Assembly (NCBI GenBank): GCA_024234435.1
Contig: JACKOF010000002.1
Location: forward strand, 61,695 to 125,694
Reading direction: 5' to 3'
DNA: 64,000 nucleotides
DNA from: Pseudomonadales bacterium
GTDB taxonomy: Bacteria > Pseudomonadota > Gammaproteobacteria > Pseudomonadales > Porticoccaceae
In this document: positions 37,676 to 46,454 of the stretch, piece by piece
Position numbering within the stretch: position 1 is the first letter of the stretch
How the letters are laid out: each line of letters opens with the position of its first letter
Position numbers and translations under genes: made by a program
The notes under the pieces: generated by a model
Database searches by the model: none
Told to the model about the DNA's origin: nothing
The model's input: the letters and a program-made list of their open reading frames with translations, nothing else

Positions 37676-38554
37676 CTATTTTTTAAACACCCTTTTTCTG
37701 GCAATTCTTATACCCAACCGCTGGAGCGGGTTATTATTTCCCCAGGGCCGCCAAGTGGTTTTCAGCTTATTGCGATATGCATCAAAATGGATTCCCCTGG
37801 GAGCACAATCCACTTCACCCCGTTCAAGCAAAATTTTCAGCGCCTGTGTTGCGGCCATACCCGCGCACAACTCGCAGGCCATTATCGTCGACGGCCCTTT
37901 TTGTCTGGCGAAATCCACCCTGCTAGTGTCAACCAGATAAGGGATCTGTAGCATTGCCGGAGACAATCCCATTAAAAATCGCACCAGTTGCTCCTGCTCG
38001 GGTTGCCCTTCCAACCGAAAATATTGCTCAAAGGTCATCCGGCCTGGCATGAAATACAAAAATGCCACCCCCATGCCCAGCGGCGCAGCAGTAATCGCAG
38101 GAATGCCCTTACGCGCACAGGCAGCAAAAATCGCCTTGCGCGCATCAAGGGCAAAGAAGTCCAGAGAATCCACATAAAGATCAACCCCTTCCAGAAAACG
38201 GTCAAGATTGCTTTCGTTCACGCCTTCAGGGTATTTTTCCAGGTCAAGCGACGGATTAATATCCAGCACCATTTCAGCCAGCACATCAACCTTGTCTCTA
38301 TTCAAATGGCTGACTGAAGCACCTGCCTGACGATTAAAATTGGCCAGCTCGAACTGATCAAAATCAGAAATTCGGAATCGCCCGACACCCAGCCGGGCAA
38401 GCGTTAACAGATGCCCGCCACCAACCCCTCCCATTCCGGCAATGGCCACACACTTTTGAGAGAGCAACGCCTGTTCCGCCTCGGTTACCCAGCCAAGGTT
38501 GCGGGAAAAGGCTTCCTGATAATTAAAACCGCTTGCCATCAGAGCCTTCTCCAA
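37676..38554 (-). CDS. ThiF/MoeB/HesA-family E1-like adenylyltransferase
   Basis: Rossmann nucleotide loop VAIAGMGGVGG, followed by DFDQFELANFNRQ. Confidence 0.85.
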   Translation of the reverse strand: MEKALMASGFNYQEAFSRNLGWVTEAEQALLSQKCVAIAGMGGVGGGHLLTLARLGVGRFRISDFDQFELANFNRQAGASVSHLNRDKVDVLAEMVLDINPSLDLEKYPEGVNESNLDRFLEGVDLYVDSLDFFALDARKAIFAACARKGIPAITAAPLGMGVAFLYFMPGRMTFEQYFRLEGQPEQEQLVRFLMGLSPAMLQIPYLVDTSRVDFARQKGPSTIMACELCAGMAATQALKILLERGEVDCAPRGIHFDAYRNKLKTTWRPWGNNNPLQRLGIRIARKRVFKK

Positions 38555-38589
38555 AAGAATTATCGCGCGGTTGCATCAGACGCACACCA

Positions 38590-39354
38590 TCATTCTGAAC
38601 CGGAAGTGATAAGCTGATACTCTGCTTCCATATCGTCATATATCGGTTCATAAAGCTCTCTCATCCCCGGCTCCATGCTCCTCAGCGCCGACTCCAGTGT
38701 GGAAAAATAGGGTGCCCTGATACCGTGATAGTCAATATCACAGCCCACCTTGAGAAAATCAATGCCAGAGCGTTTCAGCAATCGCGGCAGGAAAGGTTCC
38801 ATCATGGCGAACACATTCGTGCAGCCAGACAATTCACTCATGGCAGTTGCGGCCAGAAATGCCGCTACAGAAATAAAGGAAAATGTACGCCGTTCATGCA
38901 GCGAGCAGTCAATGGCGTCCACCTCACCAAACCGGGTAATCGCCTCCCCCGCACGCCGACGGAATGCGCCATCAACAGCCAGTCGTGAAATTTCACACAT
39001 ACTGGATCGTTCAGCTTTCAGCCCCTCAATAAACCCTTTATTCAGGCTGTCTGCACAGTAGGTTTCCAGCGGCAAATTGCTCACCCCCACACCTTTTGTG
39101 CCGGGTACCAGACGCACACACCCGGCAGGTCGCCCTGTACCGATATGGGTAATCAGCCCGTGCAGCGCATGTTCATCAAAAACGTCATATTCCATGTTGT
39201 CTGGAAACTGATCAGCATCTTCATACTGAAACTCCTCGCAGTAAACCCGGTAACGAATACCATACACGTCCTGCTTCTGCTCGGGGCTTATCGCTAACCC
39301 AACCTTGAAATAACGTCGGAAGCTTTCTATTAATGAGTCCGCCTCTTCCCTCAT
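38590..39354 (-). CDS. PEP-CTERM/exosortase-associated acyltransferase (N-acyl amino acid synthase / LuxI-distant GNAT-like family)
   Basis: ATG at 39354 with AGGA upstream. N-terminus FRRYFKVGLAISPEQKQDVYGIRYRVYCEEFQYE and CEISRLAV block, as I recall for this family. Context. Confidence 0.6.
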   Translation of the reverse strand: MREEADSLIESFRRYFKVGLAISPEQKQDVYGIRYRVYCEEFQYEDADQFPDNMEYDVFDEHALHGLITHIGTGRPAGCVRLVPGTKGVGVSNLPLETYCADSLNKGFIEGLKAERSSMCEISRLAVDGAFRRRAGEAITRFGEVDAIDCSLHERRTFSFISVAAFLAATAMSELSGCTNVFAMMEPFLPRLLKRSGIDFLKVGCDIDYHGIRAPYFSTLESALRSMEPGMRELYEPIYDDMEAEYQLITSGSE

Positions 39355-39477
39355 AGTCTTTCCTACCGTCTGCCTGCCCTTTATATTTTTAAAGCTACCT
39401 GAAACCATCAATAATAATGAACCATCGACGGACTATAGCCTGTCATTCCGTTTCTTACGCTTTTCAAAACTCCCGCT

Positions 39478-39960
39478 TCAACTGTCCAAATCATACAGCA
39501 GCTGATTTATCAATCCTGACATCGCGTTGTCCAGTAAAACAAAAACCTCCTGAAACCCGCCAAGGCCACCATAATAAGGGTCCGGCACCTCCGGATACAT
39601 AGCATTATCAGCACAGCTCATAACCAGTTTCAGTTTATGACAGAACTCCGGTGGGCACATCCCCTGCAAGTCAACATAATTTGCCTGATCCATGGCATAA
39701 ATGCGATCAAACTTCTCGAAATCCTTGAGGTTGATTCTCCGGGAGCGGTGCTTTTTTAAATCTACGCCCTGTGATATCGCCACTTTCCTGGCTCGCTCGT
39801 CAACACGATGCCCCTCACCGTCACCGTGTGTTCCCGCTGAATTAACTTTTACCTTCTTGTGTAACCCCGCCTGTTTCAAGTGATTCCGCAGAATACCTTC
39901 AGCCATAGGCGAACGACAGATATTGTGGCGGCAAACCATCAGCACCAATACTTTCTTCAC
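39478..39960 (-). CDS. Low-molecular-weight protein-tyrosine phosphatase (Wzb-like)
   Basis: P-loop VCRHNICRSP (CX5R-S) and DP loop VPDPYYGG. The GTG start overlaps the upstream stop (GTGA). Confidence 0.9.
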   Translation of the reverse strand: MKKVLVLMVCRHNICRSPMAEGILRNHLKQAGLHKKVKVNSAGTHGDGEGHRVDERARKVAISQGVDLKKHRSRRINLKDFEKFDRIYAMDQANYVDLQGMCPPEFCHKLKLVMSCADNAMYPEVPDPYYGGLGGFQEVFVLLDNAMSGLINQLLYDLDS

Positions 39961-42263
39961 CCGTTGATGACCTCATTATTAATAGCAGCGTTTCGATTCA
40001 CAGAGACGGGGTCCCTAGGCAACAGAATTGCCGAAAACAAAAACAAATAAAACATCCAGCTGACTCGCGCCGAGTCGAGGGGCGAACCAAACAGACCAAA
40101 CACTCCGATACCTGATACCCCCACACAGCACAACGCGAGATAAGCAGCATGATCACTTGAGGAAACAGCACGCTTTGCCAACAGCGCAACCAGCGCCAGC
40201 AGTAACAGCAACCCAAGCCAGCCAGTGTCATACCATGCCTGCAGAAAGGTGTTTTTTATATGCCAGGGAAGGTGGGCGTAGTCGTTAAAGAAAAACCAGC
40301 TATCCGCCCCCTGCTCAAAAGAAGCGTTTTTCAACACATTCTCACCACCTGCGGAAAAGACTATTTCATCAATATTCACCCGCTGTTTGGTGAAATTTTT
40401 CAGATATAACGTTGTTGGCCACCGCTGCAGGGAGGGCTTCAAACCCACTTTTCCAGAGTTCACAGTGGCCGAAAATTGCCTGAACTGGCCAGCTGTATCT
40501 GTGAAGCGAATCAGGGTCGTCTTGCAATTCGGGTGAAAATTATTGGCAAAAATCAGATTGCGCTCACAAACAAAGACCGCAATTTTTCCTTTTCCGGCTG
40601 CTTTCACCTGCATGGAAACTTTGTATTCAGTTCCGGGTACCAACGGAATTCTCTGGCCAAACGCAAGATCTTCTCCCGGCCCAATCGCGATATACCGCCT
40701 ACCGTCAGCACCTTCAACAGCAAAACTGCCCACATCGGCTAAGGCTTCCGGGTATTGATACAAATAGTTCGCCGGAAAAGAGCCGACACCATTCCCCAGC
40801 AATCCGACAAACACACCCGAACCGGAGCTTTCAACCACCTTCTCCCAATGCACAAGGCGCTTGTCGAAATCTCTACCTACCTCTCCCATCCGCTCATTAA
40901 ACTTATAACCGCCCAGCGCAATGGCAAAAACAGCAGGAAACAAGGCCAGAAACACGATTAGAATCACACCGTTAAAACGACTCTGATTGACCATACGAGA
41001 AGACAACAGCAGCAGCATTCCGTAGGCAACGGCGAAGACAAGGACAATCACAACTGCCTTGAACACAGAAGAGCTAACCCAGCTGCTTTGCAAATGCGCT
41101 TTCACCGCCAATGCCATAAAAATAACACCCACGAACAGGGTAAGCCTTGCAACCAGAAGCTGCTTCGATAATAACCAGTAATATGGAATGCCCGACAGAA
41201 TCAACCCGACAAAACAGACCAACCCCAGGCTGCCGGCAAATTTAAAAGCGACAAATGCTGCCACCATTGCCAATGCAAGCACAACACCCAGCAATCCTGA
41301 CGGAAACCTCTCACCATGGGAAGTCGTCCGCTTGTGGTGAAGCCAAAAAAGGCCGAAAAACAACACCGATGAAAAGAAAAAAGCGGCATAGGTCGCCCGT
41401 GTAAAGCCCACAACAGTACAGTAAGCAAGCGCGCCGAATGCAACAACTGCAATAACTCTTAACCAGACCTTTCCCTGATAAAAACCCCCGCAAAGGGTAG
41501 CAGGCAGAAGCAGTAAAATAACACCGTCTATCACCTCCCCTCCCGTATGCATATCAGAAAAAATACCGGTTGTCCGATACGAGGAAGCAAGATCAAACAC
41601 AGCCCCGGCCAACTGATACCAGTGGCTGCCTGAAAACAGCACACTAAAAATGCCTCTTTCCCAGAAGATTACACCGCCAAGCACGATGGCTGCACTACAA
41701 AAACCGGCCAGCATCCACTGTAGCGTTTTCTCCCTGTCACTGGAAAAGTTGTTCAGCAACAGCGGTGTCAGGAAAAGCCCCCAGAGCAGGCCTTTAACCA
41801 CTTTGTAACCATACTCCGGCAAATAATAAGGGTTGCCGGATACAGCTTCCGGCGGAAACAGAAATGACGGCCAGGCAGAAAACCCGGATAACACAACAAA
41901 CAGATAACTGACTGTTAACAGCAAAGGCAACTTTCTGGAAGCACGGAAAAAAGAAAAACAACCTGAACACCAGGCAAAGGCAATGGTGGCCAGAAAAACC
42001 AGATCCAGCTCGTTAAAAAGAAACCTGCCCGTGTAGGTCGTCAGATCAAAACAGACCGTCACCAGAGGCAAAACCACCAACCAAAGGCGAGGCAAATAAA
42101 ACAGCAACAAAAAATAACTTAAACCGGAGGCAATGATCCAGCCGCCAAAATCAGGGAAAGAAAAAAACGGCTTCAGAGAAATGGACAGCAGAATTAACCC
42201 TGCGATCATTCCGAAAAGTCTGGTAGATTTAAAATTACCAGTCGCAGAAAAACTATCCAGCAT
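39957..42263 (-). CDS. O-antigen ligase/polymerase-like (Wzy_C-type) polytopic membrane protein with an inserted periplasmic beta-rich domain
   Basis: At least 12 hydrophobic segments. GLLGNGVGSFP and HLPWHIKNTFLQAWYDTGWLG resemble O-antigen-ligase family blocks. Start chosen at ATG 42263 to avoid overlap with the protease gene; it is uncertain. Confidence 0.6.
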   Translation of the reverse strand: MLDSFSATGNFKSTRLFGMIAGLILLSISLKPFFSFPDFGGWIIASGLSYFLLLFYLPRLWLVVLPLVTVCFDLTTYTGRFLFNELDLVFLATIAFAWCSGCFSFFRASRKLPLLLTVSYLFVVLSGFSAWPSFLFPPEAVSGNPYYLPEYGYKVVKGLLWGLFLTPLLLNNFSSDREKTLQWMLAGFCSAAIVLGGVIFWERGIFSVLFSGSHWYQLAGAVFDLASSYRTTGIFSDMHTGGEVIDGVILLLLPATLCGGFYQGKVWLRVIAVVAFGALAYCTVVGFTRATYAAFFFSSVLFFGLFWLHHKRTTSHGERFPSGLLGVVLALAMVAAFVAFKFAGSLGLVCFVGLILSGIPYYWLLSKQLLVARLTLFVGVIFMALAVKAHLQSSWVSSSVFKAVVIVLVFAVAYGMLLLLSSRMVNQSRFNGVILIVFLALFPAVFAIALGGYKFNERMGEVGRDFDKRLVHWEKVVESSGSGVFVGLLGNGVGSFPANYLYQYPEALADVGSFAVEGADGRRYIAIGPGEDLAFGQRIPLVPGTEYKVSMQVKAAGKGKIAVFVCERNLIFANNFHPNCKTTLIRFTDTAGQFRQFSATVNSGKVGLKPSLQRWPTTLYLKNFTKQRVNIDEIVFSAGGENVLKNASFEQGADSWFFFNDYAHLPWHIKNTFLQAWYDTGWLGLLLLLALVALLAKRAVSSSDHAAYLALCCVGVSGIGVFGLFGSPLDSARVSWMFYLFLFSAILLPRDPVSVNRNAAINNEVING

Positions 42264-42294
42264 TATGCGGCTACCTGCCTTTAATCCAGGCCTG

Positions 42295-43092
42295 TTAATT
42301 CGGACTTTCGGTTGCAGAAGAGCCCAGCAGTTCCCGGACATACTTTACCGGAATGGCATAGCTGATATCGGAAGGGTTACTCAACATGGCCTCTTTTGAC
42401 TCTTTCACAAATACGCTATTAATCACCGCAACCACTTCACCGGTTTCCACATCGTAAACCGGACTGCCACTATTGCCCGGATAACCGGTAGCATCCAGCT
42501 GGTAGACATTAAACCGCTCTCTTGCACGCTTAATCTGCGCAGCGGTCAGATGTTTTGAAGACAGCGCAGGCATCACTATCGGCGTCACCACCGACACAAT
42601 GCCCTTATGGGTAACCGGATACAAGCCCAGTACCAGCCCGATTGGAAAGCCGGTAAAGGCTATTTCTTCGCCCTCTCGCAAAAACCGCGATTCCGCCAGC
42701 TTGAAAACCGGTAACGCAGGGCCGACAAATTGCAGTAACGCCAAGTCGTGCGCTTCATCCACTTTCACAATTTTTGCGGTGTGCACTTTTGCGTTACTGC
42801 CACGGCCACTGAAAATCGACAGTAACTCCCCTTTCTCAACATCAACCACTTTTTCAATAACATGGTAATTGGTGACCACCTGACGGCCATTGCCCACCGC
42901 AAAACCTGTGCCCCGGAATGTCATGGGGGGCGAAGCGGCATCCCGATGCTTGGCCGAAGGAAACACCGTGCCAATACCCACAACACTGCCTCTGATTTTG
43001 TCAATAGTGTCTGGCAACTCTGCCACCGCTTCCACGGCAATCAAAAGAGCCACGAGCAACAGGGAAACAATCGTTTTTCGATTCATTTTCAA
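42295..43092 (-). CDS. Secreted trypsin-like serine protease (S1C-like, no PDZ domain)
   Basis: Signal peptide. Catalytic triad contexts TNYHV, HDLALL, GNSGSPV. Confidence 0.85.
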   Translation of the reverse strand: MKMNRKTIVSLLLVALLIAVEAVAELPDTIDKIRGSVVGIGTVFPSAKHRDAASPPMTFRGTGFAVGNGRQVVTNYHVIEKVVDVEKGELLSIFSGRGSNAKVHTAKIVKVDEAHDLALLQFVGPALPVFKLAESRFLREGEEIAFTGFPIGLVLGLYPVTHKGIVSVVTPIVMPALSSKHLTAAQIKRARERFNVYQLDATGYPGNSGSPVYDVETGEVVAVINSVFVKESKEAMLSNPSDISYAIPVKYVRELLGSSATESPN

Positions 43093-43163
43093 TCAACACA
43101 CCCAAATCTGATCAACGGTAAAAGCCTACAGCCGACAGGTTACGCGGTATTGACAAAAATCGC

Positions 43164-43169
43164 TATAAT
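43164..43169 (+). promoter_or_regulatory. Candidate -10 box (perfect TATAAT) for the ligase operon
   Basis: TATAAT lies 45-55 nt upstream of the ligase start, in the 121-bp divergent intergenic region. No good -35 at correct spacing. Confidence 0.3.
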
Positions 43170-43213
43170 CCCGCCACTCAAGAGCTATTCCCGGCGAAGC
43201 TAACATTGGAACA

Positions 43214-44821
43214 GTGGCAATCATGACAGAACTTCTCCACCAGCTTATCAGCAAACAGGCAAAAAAATCGCCTGAAGCCCGAGCCATGTTTTTTAAAGAC
43301 CAGCAATTCAATTATGCAGAGCTGGATCGTCAAATAACCCATGCCGCCGCAGGGTTGCGGTCACTGGGTATTTGCCCCAATGACCGGGTCGCCACTTATC
43401 TGCCCAAACTGCCTGAAAATGTTTTCAGTCTGTTTGGTGCTGCCGCCGCAGGCGGTGTTTTTGTGCCCGTAAATCCATTGCTCAAACCTGCTCAGGTTGC
43501 CTATATTCTTCAGGACTGCAACGTTAAAGTACTGATTACCTCGGCCCAGCGACTCGGCATTTTAGGCGACGTGCTGGACAGCTGCCCGGATCTGACAACC
43601 GTTATTGTTGTGGAAGACGAACGGCCTGCTACAGGGCAACAATCACACTATGAAACGCTTAACTGGACGTCTTTCACAACGACCGGCAGCGAACAGAACC
43701 ATCACACCCGCATCGATGCGGATATGGCTGCCATTCTTTATACCTCTGGCAGTACCGGCAACCCCAAAGGCGTTGTGCTCTCACACAAGAACATGGTCAC
43801 CGGCGCGCACAGCGTCGCCTCCTACCTGAACAACACTGCCGAAGACCGCTTGCTGGCCGCACTGCCCTTCAGCTTTGATTACGGCTTCAGTCAGATGACA
43901 ACGGCTTTTTCGGTAGGCGCTTCAGTCACGCTAATGGATTATCTGTTGCCAAGGGATGTGGTCAGGGCAATCGAAAAATACCAGATCACCGGCCTGGCTG
44001 CCGTACCACCACTCTGGAACCAGCTGGCGCAACTGGAATGGCCCCAAGCTGCTGCTGAAACTTTGCGTTACATCACCAATAGTGGCGGAGCCATGCCACA
44101 AGCAACGACCGCCAGATTGCGGAAAGCGCTACCAAAAACAAACGTGTTCCTGATGTACGGACTGACCGAGGCTTTTCGCTCCACGTTTCTGCCACCGGAA
44201 CAGATCGACATCCGCCCCGACTCCATGGGCAAGGCAATTCCCAATGCCGAAGTCATGGTGGTGCGCCCCGATGGCACGGAGTGTGACCCTCACGAACCAG
44301 GAGAACTGGTACACCGTGGCTCATTGGTAGCAATGGGTTACTGGGGCGACCAGGCGAAAACTGCCGAACGATTTAAGCCTTCCCCTGGCAGGCCAACAGA
44401 TATTCCCATTACTGAAATTGCCGTATGGTCCGGCGATCAGGTAAAGAAAGACGAGGAAGGCTTCCTCTACTTTATCAGTCGCATGGACGAAATGATCAAA
44501 ACCTCCGGCTACAGGGTCAGCCCGTCTGAAGTGGAAGAGGTTATTTATAACCTGAAAGCAATAAAAGAGGTGGCTGCGCTGGGTTTACCCCACCCCACTC
44601 TCGGGCAGGCTATTCTGATCGTTGCCAGCCCAACAGACAGTAACGTTGAGAGTTTGGAAAAAACTATTCTTACACACTGTAAAAAAGAACTACCCGGCTT
44701 TATGGTGCCTCAGGCCGTTATTGTTGAAAGCGAATTACCCCATAATCAAAATGGCAAAATAGACCGAAAAATGCTTTCCATTCAACACCAAAACATTTTT
44801 CAGGATAACGGACAGGAGTAA
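43214..44821 (+). CDS. Acyl-CoA/acyl-carrier ligase (AMP-forming), exosortase-A-associated type
   Basis: AMP-binding motifs ILYTSGSTGNPKGV, YGLTE and SGDQVKKDEEGFLYFISRMDEMIKTSGYRV. The start is GTG 43214 or ATG 43223. Confidence 0.9.
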   Translation: MAIMTELLHQLISKQAKKSPEARAMFFKDQQFNYAELDRQITHAAAGLRSLGICPNDRVATYLPKLPENVFSLFGAAAAGGVFVPVNPLLKPAQVAYILQDCNVKVLITSAQRLGILGDVLDSCPDLTTVIVVEDERPATGQQSHYETLNWTSFTTTGSEQNHHTRIDADMAAILYTSGSTGNPKGVVLSHKNMVTGAHSVASYLNNTAEDRLLAALPFSFDYGFSQMTTAFSVGASVTLMDYLLPRDVVRAIEKYQITGLAAVPPLWNQLAQLEWPQAAAETLRYITNSGGAMPQATTARLRKALPKTNVFLMYGLTEAFRSTFLPPEQIDIRPDSMGKAIPNAEVMVVRPDGTECDPHEPGELVHRGSLVAMGYWGDQAKTAERFKPSPGRPTDIPITEIAVWSGDQVKKDEEGFLYFISRMDEMIKTSGYRVSPSEVEEVIYNLKAIKEVAALGLPHPTLGQAILIVASPTDSNVESLEKTILTHCKKELPGFMVPQAVIVESELPHNQNGKIDRKMLSIQHQNIFQDNGQE

Positions 44822-44825
44822 ACCG

Positions 44826-46061
44826 GTGAGCAAACCTCAACCCCAGCATACGGATATGGCGCAATTTCCCGTCGTCAACAACTGTCTTCAAATAGGCGGC
44901 ATGCCGGTCACGGACCTGGCTGCGAAAGTAGGCCAGACACCCTTCTATGCTTACGACCGTCAATTGATGACAGACCGTGTTGCCGAACTTCGACGCATTT
45001 TGCCCTCAGGAATCAGCCTTCACTACGCCATGAAAGCCAACCCCATGCCCGATGTGGTTAACCATTTTTCAACGATTACAGATGGGCTGGATGTCGCTTC
45101 GGGGGGCGAACTAAAAGTCGCGTTAGCCACAGGCATCAACCCCAAAGAGATCAGCTTCGCCGGCCCGGGAAAATCAAATGAAGAGCTCGAAGCCGCTGCC
45201 AGAGCGGGCATTATCATCAACCTCGAATCGGAAGGTGAAATGGAGCGGCTGTCCATAATTGCCAGCACCCACGACCTCAACCCTGTCGTATCTGTGCGTG
45301 TAAACCCGGACTTTGAGCTCAAAACCTCCGGCATGAAAATGGCGGGCGGCCCGAAACCATTTGGTGTTGATGCCGAGCGCGTACCCGAAATGCTCAAACG
45401 CATCGGTGAACTACCATTTGAGTTTGTCGGTTTTCATATTTTTAGTGGTTCTCAGAACCTCAAACCCGACGCCATTATCGAAGCGCAAACAAAAACGTTT
45501 CAACTGGCAATACAGCTCGCAGAACATGCGCCTTCACCCGTTAGATGGCTAAATATCGGCGGAGGTTTCGGCATCCCTTACTTCCCCGGCGAACAGCGTC
45601 TGGACTTGCAACCCATCGCCGACAACCTTGAAATACTGCTGAAAGAATACCAACCGAAACTGCCCGAAGCAGAAATAGTGATTGAACTGGGCCGTTACCT
45701 CATTGGCGAGGCAGGTGTGTACGTGTGCGAAATTATCGATGTTAAGGAATCCCGTGGAGAAACCTTCGCCATTGCCAATGGTGGCTTACACCACCACCTG
45801 TCACTATCCGGCAATTTTGGCCAAGTCATTCGCAAAAACTACCCGGTCTGCATTGGCAATAATGTGGTCAGCGAAGACACAGCGGCAGTCAATATTGTCG
45901 GGCCACTGTGTACACCACTGGATATTCTGGCCAACAAATATGAACTGCCACTTTTGAAAACCGGAGACCTGGTGGTGGTGTTTCAATCCGGCGCCTATGG
46001 CTTCACCGCCAGCCCCAGAGATTTTCTGAGCCACCCGGAAGCCCGGCAAATACTGGTTTAA
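44826..46061 (+). CDS. PLP-dependent decarboxylase (Orn/DAP/Arg decarboxylase fold type III), exosortase-A-associated type
   Basis: PLP-Lys context HYAMKANP. GGGFGIPY. GPLCTPLD. Begins 4 nt after the ligase stop. Confidence 0.9.
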   Translation: MSKPQPQHTDMAQFPVVNNCLQIGGMPVTDLAAKVGQTPFYAYDRQLMTDRVAELRRILPSGISLHYAMKANPMPDVVNHFSTITDGLDVASGGELKVALATGINPKEISFAGPGKSNEELEAAARAGIIINLESEGEMERLSIIASTHDLNPVVSVRVNPDFELKTSGMKMAGGPKPFGVDAERVPEMLKRIGELPFEFVGFHIFSGSQNLKPDAIIEAQTKTFQLAIQLAEHAPSPVRWLNIGGGFGIPYFPGEQRLDLQPIADNLEILLKEYQPKLPEAEIVIELGRYLIGEAGVYVCEIIDVKESRGETFAIANGGLHHHLSLSGNFGQVIRKNYPVCIGNNVVSEDTAAVNIVGPLCTPLDILANKYELPLLKTGDLVVVFQSGAYGFTASPRDFLSHPEARQILV

Positions 46062-46173
46062 GGGTCATTTTTTGCGACCGACCGGCAGATGATTTTCACC
46101 CTGAAATGTATATACTGGCCTCTGCATAAATAACCCCTGAAAACATTTACTGAATTTTAAATTGGCAAACAGC

Positions 46174-46407
46174 ATGGATACACTGGAGCGCCTCGCGCTT
46201 GTTTTTGAAGACACCTTTACCGACGATTCCTACCAGTTTTCTGAAGAGACCACTCAGGAGGATATTGAGGAGTGGGACAGCCTCAATCAGGTTCGACTAC
46301 TGATGGCTATCGAGCAGGAGTTCGGCATCAAGTTTGCTCTTGATGAGATGGAAAAGCTCACAGGTGTTGCCGCTATTTCCGCTGTCATTTCAGAAAAACT
46401 GAATTGA
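46174..46407 (+). CDS. Acyl carrier protein 1
   Basis: 78 aa, acidic, with phosphopantetheine-site context EEWDSLNQVRLL. ATG at 46174 (the track TTG is at 46162). Confidence 0.8.
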   Translation: MDTLERLALVFEDTFTDDSYQFSEETTQEDIEEWDSLNQVRLLMAIEQEFGIKFALDEMEKLTGVAAISAVISEKLN

Positions 46408-46454
46408 CCGCTCCTCTTGTGATTATTCGCCTCGATAGTTGCTGAGAATCCCGC

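Noticed and set aside
43150-43169. TTGACA at 43150-43155 close to the perfect TATAAT at 43164-43169, as a consensus promoter
   Set aside because: The spacer is only 8 nt, which is incompatible with sigma-70 -35/-10 geometry. Only the -10 box is kept, as a low-confidence candidate.
46062-46075. The shared string TAAGGGTCA at the ends of two unrelated genes (46059-46067 and 60630-60638)
   Set aside because: Only 9 nt are identical, so this is compatible with chance. There is no extended similarity around either copy.
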